This document shows, in pieces, positions 1 to 12,230 of a stretch of 64,000 bases of DNA. The stretch is from Macrostomum lignano (Eukaryota). The notes under the pieces are model-generated. The model was given only the letters and a program-made list of their open reading frames with translations, was not told where the DNA came from and ran no database searches. The stretch covers positions 62,001-126,000 of the forward strand of contig NIVC01001332.1 of assembly GCA_002269645.1 (NCBI GenBank), written 5' to 3'. Position 1 is the first letter of the stretch; each line of letters opens with the position of its first letter. The position numbers were made by a program, and so were the translations under genes.

Positions 1-95
1 AGTGAAGTGTACATGCCTAACGATAAATAAAGTTAGGGCCGCTGTACACTCCTGTGTGAGTATCTGCGCGCTAGTGTGCCTGCTCAGAGGAGTAC
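1..95 (+). mobile_element. Partial copy of a dispersed tRNA-derived SINE-like repeat
   Basis: agtgaagtgtacatgcctaacgataaataaagttagggccgctgtacactcctgtgtgag matches 52199-52260 and 61975-62035. Confidence 0.75.
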
Positions 96-341
96 AAGCC
101 CCCTGCGGAGCTTTCAGACTGCTTCTTACTTTTATATATGCCAGTGAAACCCGCAAAACCTATTTCATATCCCAACTTCTAACATTTTCCAAGCCTTAAC
201 TACTGCTAGTAGCGTAAAAGCAAATCTACTGTATAGTAGAAATATACGTGAAATACGTTAACTACGTGTATAAAATGGTACAAATTTATTCTGTCGCTTA
301 CTACTAGTAAGAACAGTAGTTTCTTAAATAATTTTTTCCAG

Positions 342-882
342 ACACAGCAACATTTCATCACCCTCACCCGGGCAGGTTCACGATCGGGTGATGCGCTACA
401 TAAAACCTGAGCACGGCATCAAGGTGCAAGTGCAAAGCGTTGAACGCATAGAAAACCCCGTCTTAGACCGGCGCCTATTCGAATGCTACGATCAGCTGCA
501 GAAGAAGAACTGCGTACCCGAGCTGCTGTTCCACGGCACCCGTGGCGACATTGCTGAGAAAATCATCGCCGAAGGTTTCCGCGTCGGCGCCGGTGGCATG
601 TTCGGCGCCGGGATCTACTTTGCCACGGATACGACTAAGAGCGCGCAGTACTGCCGGGAGAACGGCGTGAAATCCCTGCTCCTATGCGAAGTGGTGCTTG
701 GCAAGACTATGGTGTGCAAAGCGCCTAGGCAGGATTTGAATTTGCAGGTGGTCACGGATGCCGGCTATGACTCTGTGTTTGCCAAACGGAACACCAATAA
801 CAATGGCGGGGTGGCCAATGATGAGTACATTGTGTACCGGCCTGAGCAGGCCACTCCGAGGTATCTGATCAAGTTTCAATGA
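342..882 (+). CDS. PARP-family ADP-ribosyltransferase catalytic domain; last exon of a gene starting upstream of the window
   Basis: Motifs LFHGT, GGMFGAGIYFA, KSAQY and NDEYIVY give an H-Y-E triad. Acceptor attttttccAG at 340-341 opens a stop-free phase-2 exon in frame with ORF 388..882. Confidence 0.9.
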
Positions 883-924
883 GTTAATTACAGTGTCTTT
901 CTTACAGTGTCCTATAGTATATTA

Positions 925-1022
925 AATGGGCGAGAGAGGTATTCTATAGTATATTGAATGAGTAATGGTATTCTGTACTATATTGAATGGGGTGAGAGGG
1001 GTATTCTGTATTACATTGAATG
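925..1022. repeat. Short degenerate tandem repeat, about 3 copies of a ~32 bp unit
   Basis: ggtattct...tatattgaatg recurs three times. Confidence 0.6.
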
Positions 1023-1775
1023 CTATAGTTATGTATCATACCACTTTGCAGTCTTAACCGCTCTGCCATCACTTAAATTTCCTATGCTTCAAGGCTATTT
1101 ATCCAGCCAGATGCCAAGACTTTCTATTGTTATGAATGATTTTTTCTACTGAGGAAAAAGTGCTTATGCCAAATCATACTACTACTAAATTTTTCTACTA
1201 AACTTTCAAATATTTACTACATGTAGCCGTGGCTGAAAACTTGCAACTAAAATATATCTACACAAATTCTACACGAATTGGTTTTGAATTTTTGTGTTCT
1301 TTAATAGTGCGTGCTTTCTTTACAAAAATATGATACGCTGTACGCAGCAAAAAACTGAGCAATAAACAGAAATCAAAGGTGGGTCCTTAACTTCCTACAA
1401 TAAATAATTAAATATTTCAACTGTCTTGAATTCTCTAGCTATTAGGTAAACAGATTTCTACTTGGTATTTTTATTTTTATAGTAAATTTAGTCAATATAT
1501 ACGAGTATATCAAATTTATCAAATAAAGTTAGTTCCGCAAGTATCCAGCGTTAGAGTAACAGGGTGGTGTAGCTTCAAGTGATTCAGTGATGACAGGTGG
1601 CTAAAAAGATTGATAGATTGACAGAAATACTCACCAGCGTAGGTTTAAACAGTATACATATACATATAGCTTGTAAAACGAAACCTGGGAATAAGAATCA
1701 ATGATATCTTGGATAGAATTCAGTGTTCGTTTGCATTGGCCAAATGAGTTTCTGCTCAAGTGGCAACGCTATAAA

Positions 1776-4087
1776 TTATTCAACATCCGGTAGATACGCT
1801 CCGCCAGCAAGTTTAGAACGCGACCAGCTGCTGGTCACCGCGACTTTCGTTGCTGTTTCTTGTCGCTCTTTGAAATCGCTCCGCTGCTGCCAGGTAAACA
1901 GCCGACTTCCGCCTGTGATCGGCATGTAGCCGCCAATCAGGATTCGCTTCCGCTTACCCAACCACCTGCCCAGCATCCTGCTCAACAAACTCCTGATGCA
2001 GCTGTAGTCTCGCTCGATAATCTCGGCCACAGTCAGCATGATCAAGTACCTGTTCTCCACCTCGTGCTCGATGACGTGGTTCACAGCCGAGGACAGAACT
2101 CCGACCACGAAGTTGATGAATAGGATGGGCACGAACAGGACGTAGGTCACGTGGGTGATGAGGAGGTCGATTCGGTCGATCTCGGGCACGTAGAGGCTGG
2201 TGGTGTCGATAATGTTGAGGGACACTAGGAAGGTGGGATAGAAGGCCTGGATATAGTCCTTTAGAAGGCTAACAACCGTCGTGGAGTTTGAAATTTTCAA
2301 GTTTGGGTTGCTTCCCTGGAACATGCGCGCGAATATTGCCGTGAGAACCAGGTAGAAAACTATAAACATGCCGAAAGTTGTAATACTCCGATGGAAACTG
2401 CTCATCACGGTAGATACTGACGGCAGAAGGCGCATGAGCCAAACAATGAGACTCAGGACCATCAGTAGGATGATTTTGGTGCTGAAGCCTTGAACCACGT
2501 AGATAAATTCGCCGAATATAGCGCAGTTCCTTCGAATGTCGATGTGCAGCCAAAGGAGCACCGCGGCAGTCGGAAGCGACACGGCGCATGGCAGCAGCCA
2601 CGACAGCAGATCTCTGTAGCTCCTTCGGGGCCGCCTTGGGTAGCCAATTTTCCTTCTGGTAAAATATAGTAGAAACTCTTCTTGTTGAATCAGTAATTCA
2701 AGTTTTCATAAATGTTCTCCAGCAATGAGTAATGCCTTCGCCTAAATCAACCAGTACTGAGGCGATTCTGCCCATTCCACTGACTCCTGAGTACATAAAA
2801 GCGCGCCAATACTGTACGCAGGTACGCACTCAGACACTCACTCACACTGGGTGTACAGCGCACAAACGCCAAATTAATGTGGCCTCCCACGGATTCGAAC
2901 TAGGGGTCGTAGCTGCTTGCTGTTTGGTGTACCGTACAAGTACAAGTCACTATGGATAACGATGATGCATGTCATATTGAATAAACTTGAATCAGGTAAT
3001 TTTAAATATATGTACATTGTACATGTACCTACCTGTAAAACTCCTTCCGCTGTACGCCTATTAAAGAAAGCAGCAGGAAAAACAGCATGAACAGAAAATT
3101 GACCGTAAACGTTATCAAGTACCCGTGAGGATTGGAGAAGGTTAAAGGTCTGTTGGAGCATCGCGACCAAAAAAACCGTCGAGCACCCGGTCCCGCGTAG
3201 ACTATTGTGCCTAAAACTTGTAGAACTAGTAGCACTACTAATAGCCTGACGGTCCACCGGTTGCGGTCGTACAGCGCCTCGACCCAGCGCCTCCACAGGA
3301 AGCCGTTGCGGAACACGCCCGCCGCCTTCAGCTCCGCCAGGGTGGCCTGGCTGTACACGTCGAGCAGCACGCAGATCGGGCTGGTGAAGAACGCTGGGTT
3401 CTCGCCGAACCAGTCGGTCACATCGACGCTCACTCGCTCTCGAATGCCTACCGAGTCCGAGTGCACCTCGCTGCTGGCCAGGTGGTGCAGCATGATGTAC
3501 TCGACATGACCGGCCAGTCCGAGAAACACGCCCCAGCTCATTGGCGTCATGCCTCGGCTGCTGACCTGCAGCATCTCGGCCTGCTGTTGTCTGGTGAACA
3601 GGCGACGGTGAAAGAGCTCGACGAGATCTCGGCCGGTACTGCCGCAGTCCGTCGGCTGTTCCGTGCGCTGCTCCGTCCCGGACATGAAGCGGACGGCGCT
3701 CAGCAGCATGTGGTAGGCCGTGAAGCCTCGCTCTCTGATCTTAGCAAAGTCTACCGTGTCCTTTCCGCTGTCCGAGGTCTCGTGCATGAGGCGCAGACAC
3801 TGCTGAGCGTTGTAGAACATGGCGACGAAGAACGGGTTGGTGGGGAACGGAATGTCGCTGTCGTCCTGCTCCGGATCGCCGGACCCGATCCAGTCGGCTT
3901 GGTCTCGAGCTCGAGCTCCTCGGTGGTCGGAGCTGGCGAGAAATGCGGCCCAGTCGGAGGGTCCGAAAGAGTCGCGGAACTCGTTGAGTTCGTCAGCGTT
4001 GTCATCGGCGATGCAGCGGACGAACGCGAGCCAGTCATGAGTGTCCGTCAGGAACTCCTTGGCCGGGTGGTTTTTATCGTCTTCCAT
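1776..4087 (-). CDS. TRPV-like cation channel, copy A (exons 4087-3033 and 2655-1776; 644 aa)
   Basis: Donor GTAGGT at 3032 and acceptor ttttaccAG at 2657-2656 are phase 2 and join ORFs 3029..4087 and 1776..2582. Degenerate ankyrin motifs (TNPFFVAM, GFTAYHML, GMTPMSWGVFLG), six hydrophobic helices, pore FYPTFLVSLNIID and S6/TRP helix ILFINFVVGVLSSAVNHV..IIER align by eye to TRPV channels. Confidence 0.85.
2770..2915 (-). mobile_element. Short SINE-like insertion in the intron of TRPV copy A
   Basis: The reverse complement has B-box GTTCGAATCC, then cacattaatttgg, gtgtgagt and ctcaggagtc, all shared with the SINE copies at 52 kb and 62 kb. This intron is 377 bp versus 80 and 220 bp in the paralogs. 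Confidence 0.6.
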
Positions 4088-4351
4088 TGCTATCAGAATT
4101 TCGATACCTGCTTTTTTGAGCTAACTTTTAATTCCGAGAATAACCAAACTACATCTATTTGATTCTGTCCGTTGCAACACTTATAAACCCGTGTCAATGT
4201 CCCGTGTTTGATCAATTTTCTATCTACACCATCCTAATCGCCTCAGAAGAGAGGCGATTGTATACTGTCTGTATACGTAAGTATTTGCTGGGAAAAGCGC
4301 CATGCAGTCATCGTAGGCAAACTCGCAGTCCGAGGCCAGTCATTAGTGATT

Positions 4352-4398
4352 GTCAAGCCCGATGAGCAGCAAATAGTAGCGAGCCAGCAGGTCCGGAT
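4352..4398 (+). ncRNA. Degenerate hammerhead-ribozyme-like motif, probably inactive
   Basis: GTCAAGC-CCGATGA-GCAGC-AAATA-GTAGC-GAGC-CAGCAG-GTC-CGGAT has type I hammerhead layout with an AAAUA stem II loop, but the core is mutated (CUGAUGA to CCGAUGA, GAAA to GAGC). Confidence 0.25.
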
Positions 4399-5065
4399 GA
4401 AGCGTGTTTTAGTAAATCAAATTTGCTTTCCTATCGAGCACGACAAATCCAGCTATCAGATATTTTTCAGAATGGTTGATGATCCTTTGCTAGACTAGTT
4501 TGATGCAGTGAGAATTCAATTTAACAGTACAGTTTTAAAAAATTAACTTTGAGTACTCTAGGTAGTCAAACTTTACAAGCTCGAAATTTAGCATCTATCT
4601 CCTGAGAAAGTTATAGTTGCAATGCAACTGTTTGATTTTTCTCGCAAAAGAAACTACACGCTTACTAATTGTTAATAATAAATTAGACGATAGCCAGCAC
4701 GTTGTTAGTAAAAGAGAGATTCAGGCACTGAGGAATGGTTCCCCAGTTGCTTGTAAGCTATGGTTATTACTTGTTTGCGAACTCATGTTTGTACAGTTTT
4801 AGCTTCACAAACTTGATACCTGTGAAACAGTTTCGATTTGATGAGCCAGTCTGTGCAAATAAAGCTCGGTAAAATGCGTGCGTGCAAAATTGGGTAAATA
4901 CTTTCATTTCGGTTACTATGAGCATTCAATTTGGTCACAGCTGGGCAGTTTTGAGTCTCTTGCAAAGTTAATGTGGTCTTATTGGGCCAAAACTTCTAGC
5001 TACGGTGTTGACACAAATGTATGGCTAATTTCTGATCCTCTGGCGTTCGTGTATCATAATTCTCA

Positions 5066-5760
5066 ACGTGATTCTTCTCAATGTGATTCTTCTCCAGGTG
5101 ATTCTTCTCAAGATGATTCTACAGGTGATTCTTCTCAAGGTGATTCTACAGGTGATTCTTCTCCAGGCGATTCTTCTCCAGGTGATTCTTCTCATGATAA
5201 TTCTTCACTATGTGATTCTACTCAAGGCGATTCTTCTCAAGGTGATTCTTCTCAAGTTAATTATTCTCCAGGTGATTCTTCTCCAGGCGATTCTTCTCCA
5301 GGCGATTCTTCTCCAGGTGATTCTTCTCAAGGCGATTCTTCACAAGGCGATTCTTCTCAAGGCGATTCTTCTCAAGGCGATTCTTCTCAAGGCGATATTT
5401 CTCCAGGCGATTCTTCTCAAGGTGATTCTTCTCATGATAATTCTTCTCAATTTGAGTCTACTCAAGGCGGTTCTTCTCAAGGCGATTCTTCTCAAGGCGA
5501 TTCTTCTCAAGTTAATTCTTCTCCAGGTGATTCTTCTCAAGGCGATTCTTCTCAAGGCGATTCTTCTCAAGGCGATTCTTCTCATGATAATTCTTCTCAA
5601 TGTGAGTCTACTTAATGCGATTCTTCTCAATGCGATTCTTCTCCAGTTAATTCTTCTCCAGGCGATTCTTCTCAATGCGATTCTTCTCATGATAATTCTT
5701 CTCAAGGTGATTCTTCTCAAGGGGATTTTTCTCAAGGTGATTCTTTTCAAGGCAATTCTC
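5066..5760. repeat. 15-bp minisatellite (gattcttctcaaggc)n
   Basis: Direct tandem periodicity of 15 bp; produces spurious GDSSQ, ILLKA and RRIAL ORFs. Confidence 0.95.
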
Positions 5761-6760
5761 ATTATTGACATTAATTTTCCTAAGTCTAATGACGTCACCG
5801 TACTTGAGTGCATGATAGCTCATCGTAAGGTTTGCTTTTCTGAACTAATTATAAGGTGTTTCGGCGTTGTGAACTTTCGGTCTAATGAAACTAAAACTCG
5901 AGTCAGCTTAGAATAAAATAAAGTCTTTGTGTCCAGTGTGCGAGCACTCGTGGACACGGCAGTATAAAGAATTTATGATAGCGCGAAAATTTAAATAGGA
6001 AAGAACGTGCAAAAGCTTAGCTGGTACACAGAAAAACTCATGCAGGGTATTTATTAAAAAATAGTTTAACTACTACAAGTAGCAGTTGCTGGAGAAACTA
6101 GAAATCTAGGACGTTTCGAAACCAATAACTACTTCATAATCTATAGATAATTGCAGCTTGTTAATTGGTTTCGAAGTGCTTTAACTTAACAGGTACTCGT
6201 AGTAGCTAACTGCAGGAATCTCAAGGATCGATCACTTTTGCACACCGGAACCCTGACCTGCTGAGGTTCAACTCGAACAAGTCTCCACCTGCGACTACTG
6301 CGAGAAAGATTGCTAAGTACACAAGCCAGTGCGAGATCTATAGACGTTGCATTTAAGGCAGGAAAGATATCTAAAAGAGAGATCTGAAAAGTACATAGTC
6401 CATAGTCGATTTAAAACAAATTAAAAGGAAACTAAAAATGTGTAGTTTAAACAAAACATCTAAAAACTTTCGAGACTTTCAAAAAATACAAAATTTGAAA
6501 TTCAAAAGAAAGATATTTCTTTTATGATGACAAGGTCAGAATGACAAGAATGAAAATGCTATCATTTTTGGTCACAGAAACAGCGCAACGAAATCGAACT
6601 CGACGCATTTTGCGCACAATTGATCAGAAGTGCCACGGCTTCTAGTCAAAAATCCATTAATGAAAGAAAATTATCTGCAAAAAGTAGAATATATTCAACT
6701 TCGAAATCACACGAAATGTATCAGAAAGCTAAAATTCTGAATCAAATTCAATTAAAATCA

Positions 6761-8781
6761 TCATTCCACATCCGGAAAGTTGATGAAGTGCCGGCGAGGC
6801 CAACCAGATTTGCTGATCACCTGCGTCGCCTCAGTCTGAGAATTAAAGCTGCTCTGCTGCCGGTCCGACGAAGCGCGGCCGCTGAACAGCCGACTGCCGC
6901 CTGTGATCGGCAGGTAGCCGCCAATCAGGATTCGCTTCCGCTTACCCAACCACCGGCCCAGCATCCTGCTCAACAAACTCCTGATGCAGCTGTAGTCTCG
7001 CTCGATAATCTCGGCCACAGTCAGCATGATCAAGTACCTGTTCTCTACCTCGTGCTCGATGACGTGGTTCACAGCCGAGGACAGAACTCCGACCACGAAG
7101 TTGATGAATAGGATGGGCACAAACAGGACGTAGGTCACGTGGGTGATGAGGAGGTCGATTCGGTCGATCTCGGGCACGTAGAGGCTGGTGTCGATAATGT
7201 TGAGGGACACCAGGAAGGTCGTGTAGAATGCCTTTATGTAGCCACTTAGTGCGTTAGCATTTGTAGTTGAATTAGACACGAGAGACATGGGTTCGCTTCC
7301 GTGGAACATGCGCGCAAATATTGCCGTAATACCGAGGTAGAACGTGAAAAACATGAGAAAAGTTGTTAAACTACGATGAAAACTGCTCATTACGGCGGAT
7401 ATTGACGGCAGAAGGCGCATGAACCAGAAAAGCAGGCTTAGACTCATTAGAAGAAGAAGTTTTATGCCAGATCCTTGCACAGTGTAGACCGCCTGATTGA
7501 ACAGAGCGCAGCTACTTCGAATGTCGACGTGCAGCCAAAGGAGCAGCGCAGCAGTGGGCAGCGACACGGAGCATGGCAGCAGCCACGACAGCAGATCTCT
7601 GTAGCTCCTTCGGGGCCGCCTTGGGTAGCCGACCTTCCTTCTGTTTTTAAATTATTGATTTTCCATTACAATGAATAAACAGTCATGTATGCACAATATA
7701 GCCTAACTTTGGTTACTGACCTAAACATTTCCTTTCTTAGCAGACCTGCTGCTGCGAAGAGCAGAAAGAGCAGAGAGCTTGACAGGCATGTAGAAAGTAC
7801 GAGAAGAAAGGATGCAGGATTCTCCACCCCTTGCGATGACGCGCTAAAACAGTATTTAAAAAATAGGGCCTTCATACCCGGACCTGAAAAGATGGTGACG
7901 GACAGCAGTTGCAAGAAAATAAGACAAGCAATAACTATTATGATCCACCGGTTGCGGTCGTACAGCGCCTCGACCCAGCGCCTCCACAGGAAGCTGTTGC
8001 GGAACACGCCCGCCGCCTTCAGCTCCGCCAGGGTGGCCTGGCTGTACACGTCGAGCAGCACGCAGATCGGGCTGGTGAAGAACGCTGGGTTCTCGCCGAA
8101 CCAGTCGGTCACATCGACGCTCACTCGCTCTCGAATGCCTACCGAGTCCGAGTGCACCTCGCTGCTGGCTAGGTGGTGCAGCATGATGTACTCGACATGA
8201 CCGGCCAGTCCGAGAAACACGCCCCAGCTCATTGGCGTCATGCCTCGGCTGCTGACCTGCAGCATCTCGGCCTGCTGTTGTCTGGTGAACAGGCGACGGT
8301 GAAAGAGCTCGACGAGATCTCGGCCGGTACTGCCGCAGTCCGTCGGCTGCTCCGTGCGCTGCTCCGTCCCGGACATGAAGCGGACGGCGCTCAGCAGCAT
8401 GTGGTAGGCCGTGAAGCCTCGCTCTCTGATCTTAGCAAAGTCCACCGTGTCCTTTCCGCTGACCGAGGTCTCGTGCATGAGGCGCAGACACCGCTGAGCG
8501 TTGTAGAACATGGCGACGAAGAACGGGTTGGTGGGGAACGGAATGTCGCTGTCGTCCTGCTCCGGATCGCCGCACCCGATGAAATCAGCTTGGTCTCGAG
8601 CTCGAGCTCCTCGGTGGTCGGAGCTGGCGAGAAATGCGGCCCAGTCGGAGGATCCGAGAAAATCGCGGAACTCTTTGAGGTCGTCAGCGTTGTCGTCGGT
8701 GATGCAACGGACGAACGCGAGCCAGTCGTCAGTGTCCGTCAGGAACTCCTTAGCATCCAATTGATCGGTTTCTTTTTCCAT
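6761..8781 (-). CDS. TRPV-like cation channel, copy B (exons 8781-7721 and 7640-6761; 646 aa)
   Basis: ATG at 8781. Donor GTCAGT at 7720 and acceptor aaaacAG at 7642-7641 define an 80-bp phase-2 intron at the same position as in copy A. Same domain layout. Confidence 0.85.
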
Positions 8782-10559
8782 TACTGAGCAAGATCGCAAT
8801 TCTGCGCTACTTTATCGCTTTTTTAATGTGCCGTGAGTCTGGGAGATTCAGACCCGCTCGACATATTAATAGAGATTCAGCCGCATTTGGTACACCAGTT
8901 TTCCAGACTTTCCAAAGTCAACAGCTGAATCCTTTTTATCTGATTAGAAAACGTGTGAACTGCCTAGCATTTGATTCTTTTTAACCAAGCAAAAGGCTGT
9001 GCGTGTGCAAATTTACCTACTGCCAAGCAAATTCATTACTGTTTTCTCCCACATTAATTAATATCGTGACAATTTATGGCGTTGTTTGCCATGCATTAAT
9101 GCTATTTACTTGGAATTACAATTACCAACAGGAACGAGTTACGAGCGTATTGTCTCTTTTCATGGTCTAATTTTATACGATTACAGGCAAAATCACTTTG
9201 GGTGTTGTTAGGGGGGTGCGGACGCCTCTATCAATCCGAGTTGACCTCTTTGTTAAGCCTGGTTGGTGCCCGATCTGGGAATGTTTCTGTTGTCTCCCGT
9301 GCTGGGTCACGCAGCCTGCTTGTAATCACCCTGAAGTCTCGCTATTTCGCGATGTGAAACCTTGTATGTATGTACGTTGTACGTTGATACAGTTGTTGTC
9401 GCTTTGTCGTAGTGTCAAGGATGCTTAACCTTTGTAGATGTGAAACTTAGATCTGTGGAATTTTGACGTGAAGTCGGATGCTTCTTAATTGCGATACAAA
9501 ATCAAGCCGTTACACATGTGCATGTACCGATTGTTACGACAAAGTGATCTTCACTAGCTACTACGCTCTCGAGCATAGCGGACGAACGTATGTTTGCGTC
9601 AGACTGACGTTGGAACCTGAGCGGGTGGATCGCGTAGCCTAACTCGTTCAGTCCGCGTCATATGAGTCCCTGTTACCGTACAGACTCGTTTTACGGTTCC
9701 AAAAGGAAATAGTGCAAAACGGAAACTCACTTTCACTCGGCCTTGCGTGGCATATGTGGGTGACTTAAGCGTCGTTGGCTATTATTGAATGTATACTTTC
9801 GGATCTAAAGTTTTTTATCAGACTGTTCTAAAGGTCATATCGGTGAAGCCAATAGGCGCCCTCTCTCTCGCTATCACATCATTATTTTTATATAAATACA
9901 TGTATACAATTACTACTTAGTCTTTTAAGGTCAGGGATTCGGTAATAGGGCAGCCGTGAAACTTATAATTGGCTAGGAAGCGTGAAAACATGACAAGGCG
10001 CGGGGCTTATGGGAAAAAAATTGGGTTGCACACACAAGGGCAGCCAATCAGAGTTGGGTACGGAGCGGGCCGGGGTAGAAAGAATGGGGAACGAGATATC
10101 GTTAAAAATGCTGTTTTTAACGATAATGTGCGTTAATCTTTGAAGAAGCTGCTGCCCAGCCAGATTTTCCTGCCGACTATTTATTTGAAACGGCTACTGG
10201 ACATTCCCCCGATCATCGGTGTTCCCCTGCGTCTTTAAAAAGAAAAATGAAATGGGCACAGCGGCACAACAAACACTTTTGTGGCATTACTCGTACTTCC
10301 AACCGAAGTCCTAATGTACTACTCCTAATTCCCATGCAACTCCAGAAAATGTTGGCTAGCCGGTCAGTCGAGGTAAGGTCGTCTTCCCGGAAGGCTTTGC
10401 GAAAGGCTTCACGTTAGCTGGGCTCAACGGGGTCTCCATTGCCATCTAATCAACAAGAAAACAGGACTGTGCATCATCGCGGAAATGACCAAACTATACA
10501 GAAGAAACTACAAAATCGCTGGCTGGAGAAGCAACAGCATGGAAGCATCCCACAAGTCA

Positions 10560-10900
10560 TCACCAATATCTCCAACTACAAACTTATAGCCCATCTGAAC
10601 ATATCATGCCATACAGTTCGGTCCCCGCCCATAGGCCTACGCCTATGTCCCCGCCATCCAATTCTATCGACCATTCATTGCTGAATTTGATTTAACAATT
10701 TACCATCAAGATAAATAACTGCCTGTCCAACAAAGGATCAGAAACGAACTCCTACACCAAACGTTTAAAACGTCTCAGAAAAAAACTAGAAAGTTAAGAT
10801 TGTCAACTACGACAAGCGCCATGGTGTCGCTATTCTCAATACTGAAAACTACATCAACAAGCTACAAAGCATTCAAGCCCATAACAAATTCCAATGTTTT
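10560..10900 (+). mobile_element. Decayed fragment resembling the N-terminal region of a Penelope-like retroelement ORF
   Basis: Translations IGLRLCP and KVKIVNYDKRHGVAILNTENYINKLQSI resemble the LGLNF and ADKGNGVVILD..DYI.K motifs of Penelope-like proteins; frames are disrupted. Confidence 0.45.
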
Positions 10901-10914
10901 GGAAACCATGTCCA

Positions 10915-11875
10915 TTGGATAGTCAGAGATTAGCCCAAATTGGATAGTCAGAGATTAGCCCAAATTGGATAGTCAGAGATTAGCCCAAATTGGATAGTCA
11001 GAGATTAGCCCAAATTGGATAGTCAGAGATTAGCCCAAATTGGATAGTCAGAGATTAGCCCAAATTGGATAGTCAGAGATTAGCCCAAATTGGATAGTCA
11101 GAGATTAGCCCAAATTGGATAGTCAGAGATTAGCCCAAATTGGATAGTCAGAGATTAGCCCAAATTGGATAGTCAGAGATTAGCCCAAATTGGATAGTCA
11201 GAGATTAGCCCAAATTGGATAGTCAGAGATTAGCCCAAATTGGATAGTCAGAGATTAGCCCAAATTGGATAGTCAGAGATTAGCCCAAATTGGATAGTCA
11301 GAGATTAGCCCAAATTGGATAGTCAGAGATTAGCCCAAATTGGATAGTAAGAGATTAGCCCAAATTGAATAGTCAGTTTAGTCACAGATAACCCAAATTG
11401 GATAGTCAGAGTTGACTCATGTTGGGTATCTGCAGAGTTGACCCAATTTGGATAGTCAGAGTTGACCCAAATTGGATAGTCAGAGTTGACCCAAATTGGA
11501 TAGTCAGAGTTGACTCATGTTGGGTATCTGCAGAGTTGACCCAAATTGGATAGTCAGAGTTGACCCAAATTGGATAGTCAGAGTTGACCCAATTTGGATA
11601 GTCAGAGATGACCCAATTTGGATAGTCAGAGATGACCCAATTTGGATAGTCAGAGATGACCCAAATTGGAGAGAGATGACAAAATTGGATAGTCAGAGAT
11701 GACCCAAATTGGAGAGAGATGACAAAATTGGATAGTCAGAGATGACCCAAATTGGAGAGAGATGACAAAATTGGATAGTCAGAGATGACCCAAATTGGAT
11801 AGAGATGACAAAATTGGATAGTCGGAGATGACCCAAATTGTACATGTATAGCCATGAGAGTTGACCCCAATTGTT
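10915..11875. repeat. 25-bp minisatellite (ttggatagtcagagattagcccaaa)n, near-perfect to ~11360, then variant units
   Basis: Direct 25-bp periodicity with no spacers. Confidence 0.95.
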
Positions 11876-12230
11876 GGATAGACACGCACGGTCACATATG
11901 CCACATACTATTTTAAAGCTGAACGTTCTCTTCAAAACTTCAAAGCATATCGAACAAACTTACAGTGTGATATTACGTGTACATGTCGTCTCTCTTTTTA
12001 CATCTCTCAAGCTTGCCATGAATTAGCTACTGCAGATTTATTGGTGTACATGTACACGTACAACCCCCCAATCAAGTCCCTAAATCCAAGGCCTCCTTAA
12101 AAAACTCATAAGAATCAGTAAATCGAAGCTTTGCCAATGGAAGCCCGTTAGCTCTAACTCTCGCCGACGTCTGCATTTCTCATTGGGAAACCAATTATTG
12201 AATGTCCCAGCTCGACTGATGCACCCAAAA

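Noticed and set aside
4878-5916. ORFs of 245, 282 and 157 aa (GDSSQ, ILLKA and RRIAL repeats)
   Set aside because: They are three frames of one 15-bp minisatellite with no unique domain or supported splice context.
10915-11875. CRISPR-like appearance of the 25-bp repeats
   Set aside because: Units are directly adjacent with no unique spacers, there are no cas genes, and the context is eukaryotic.
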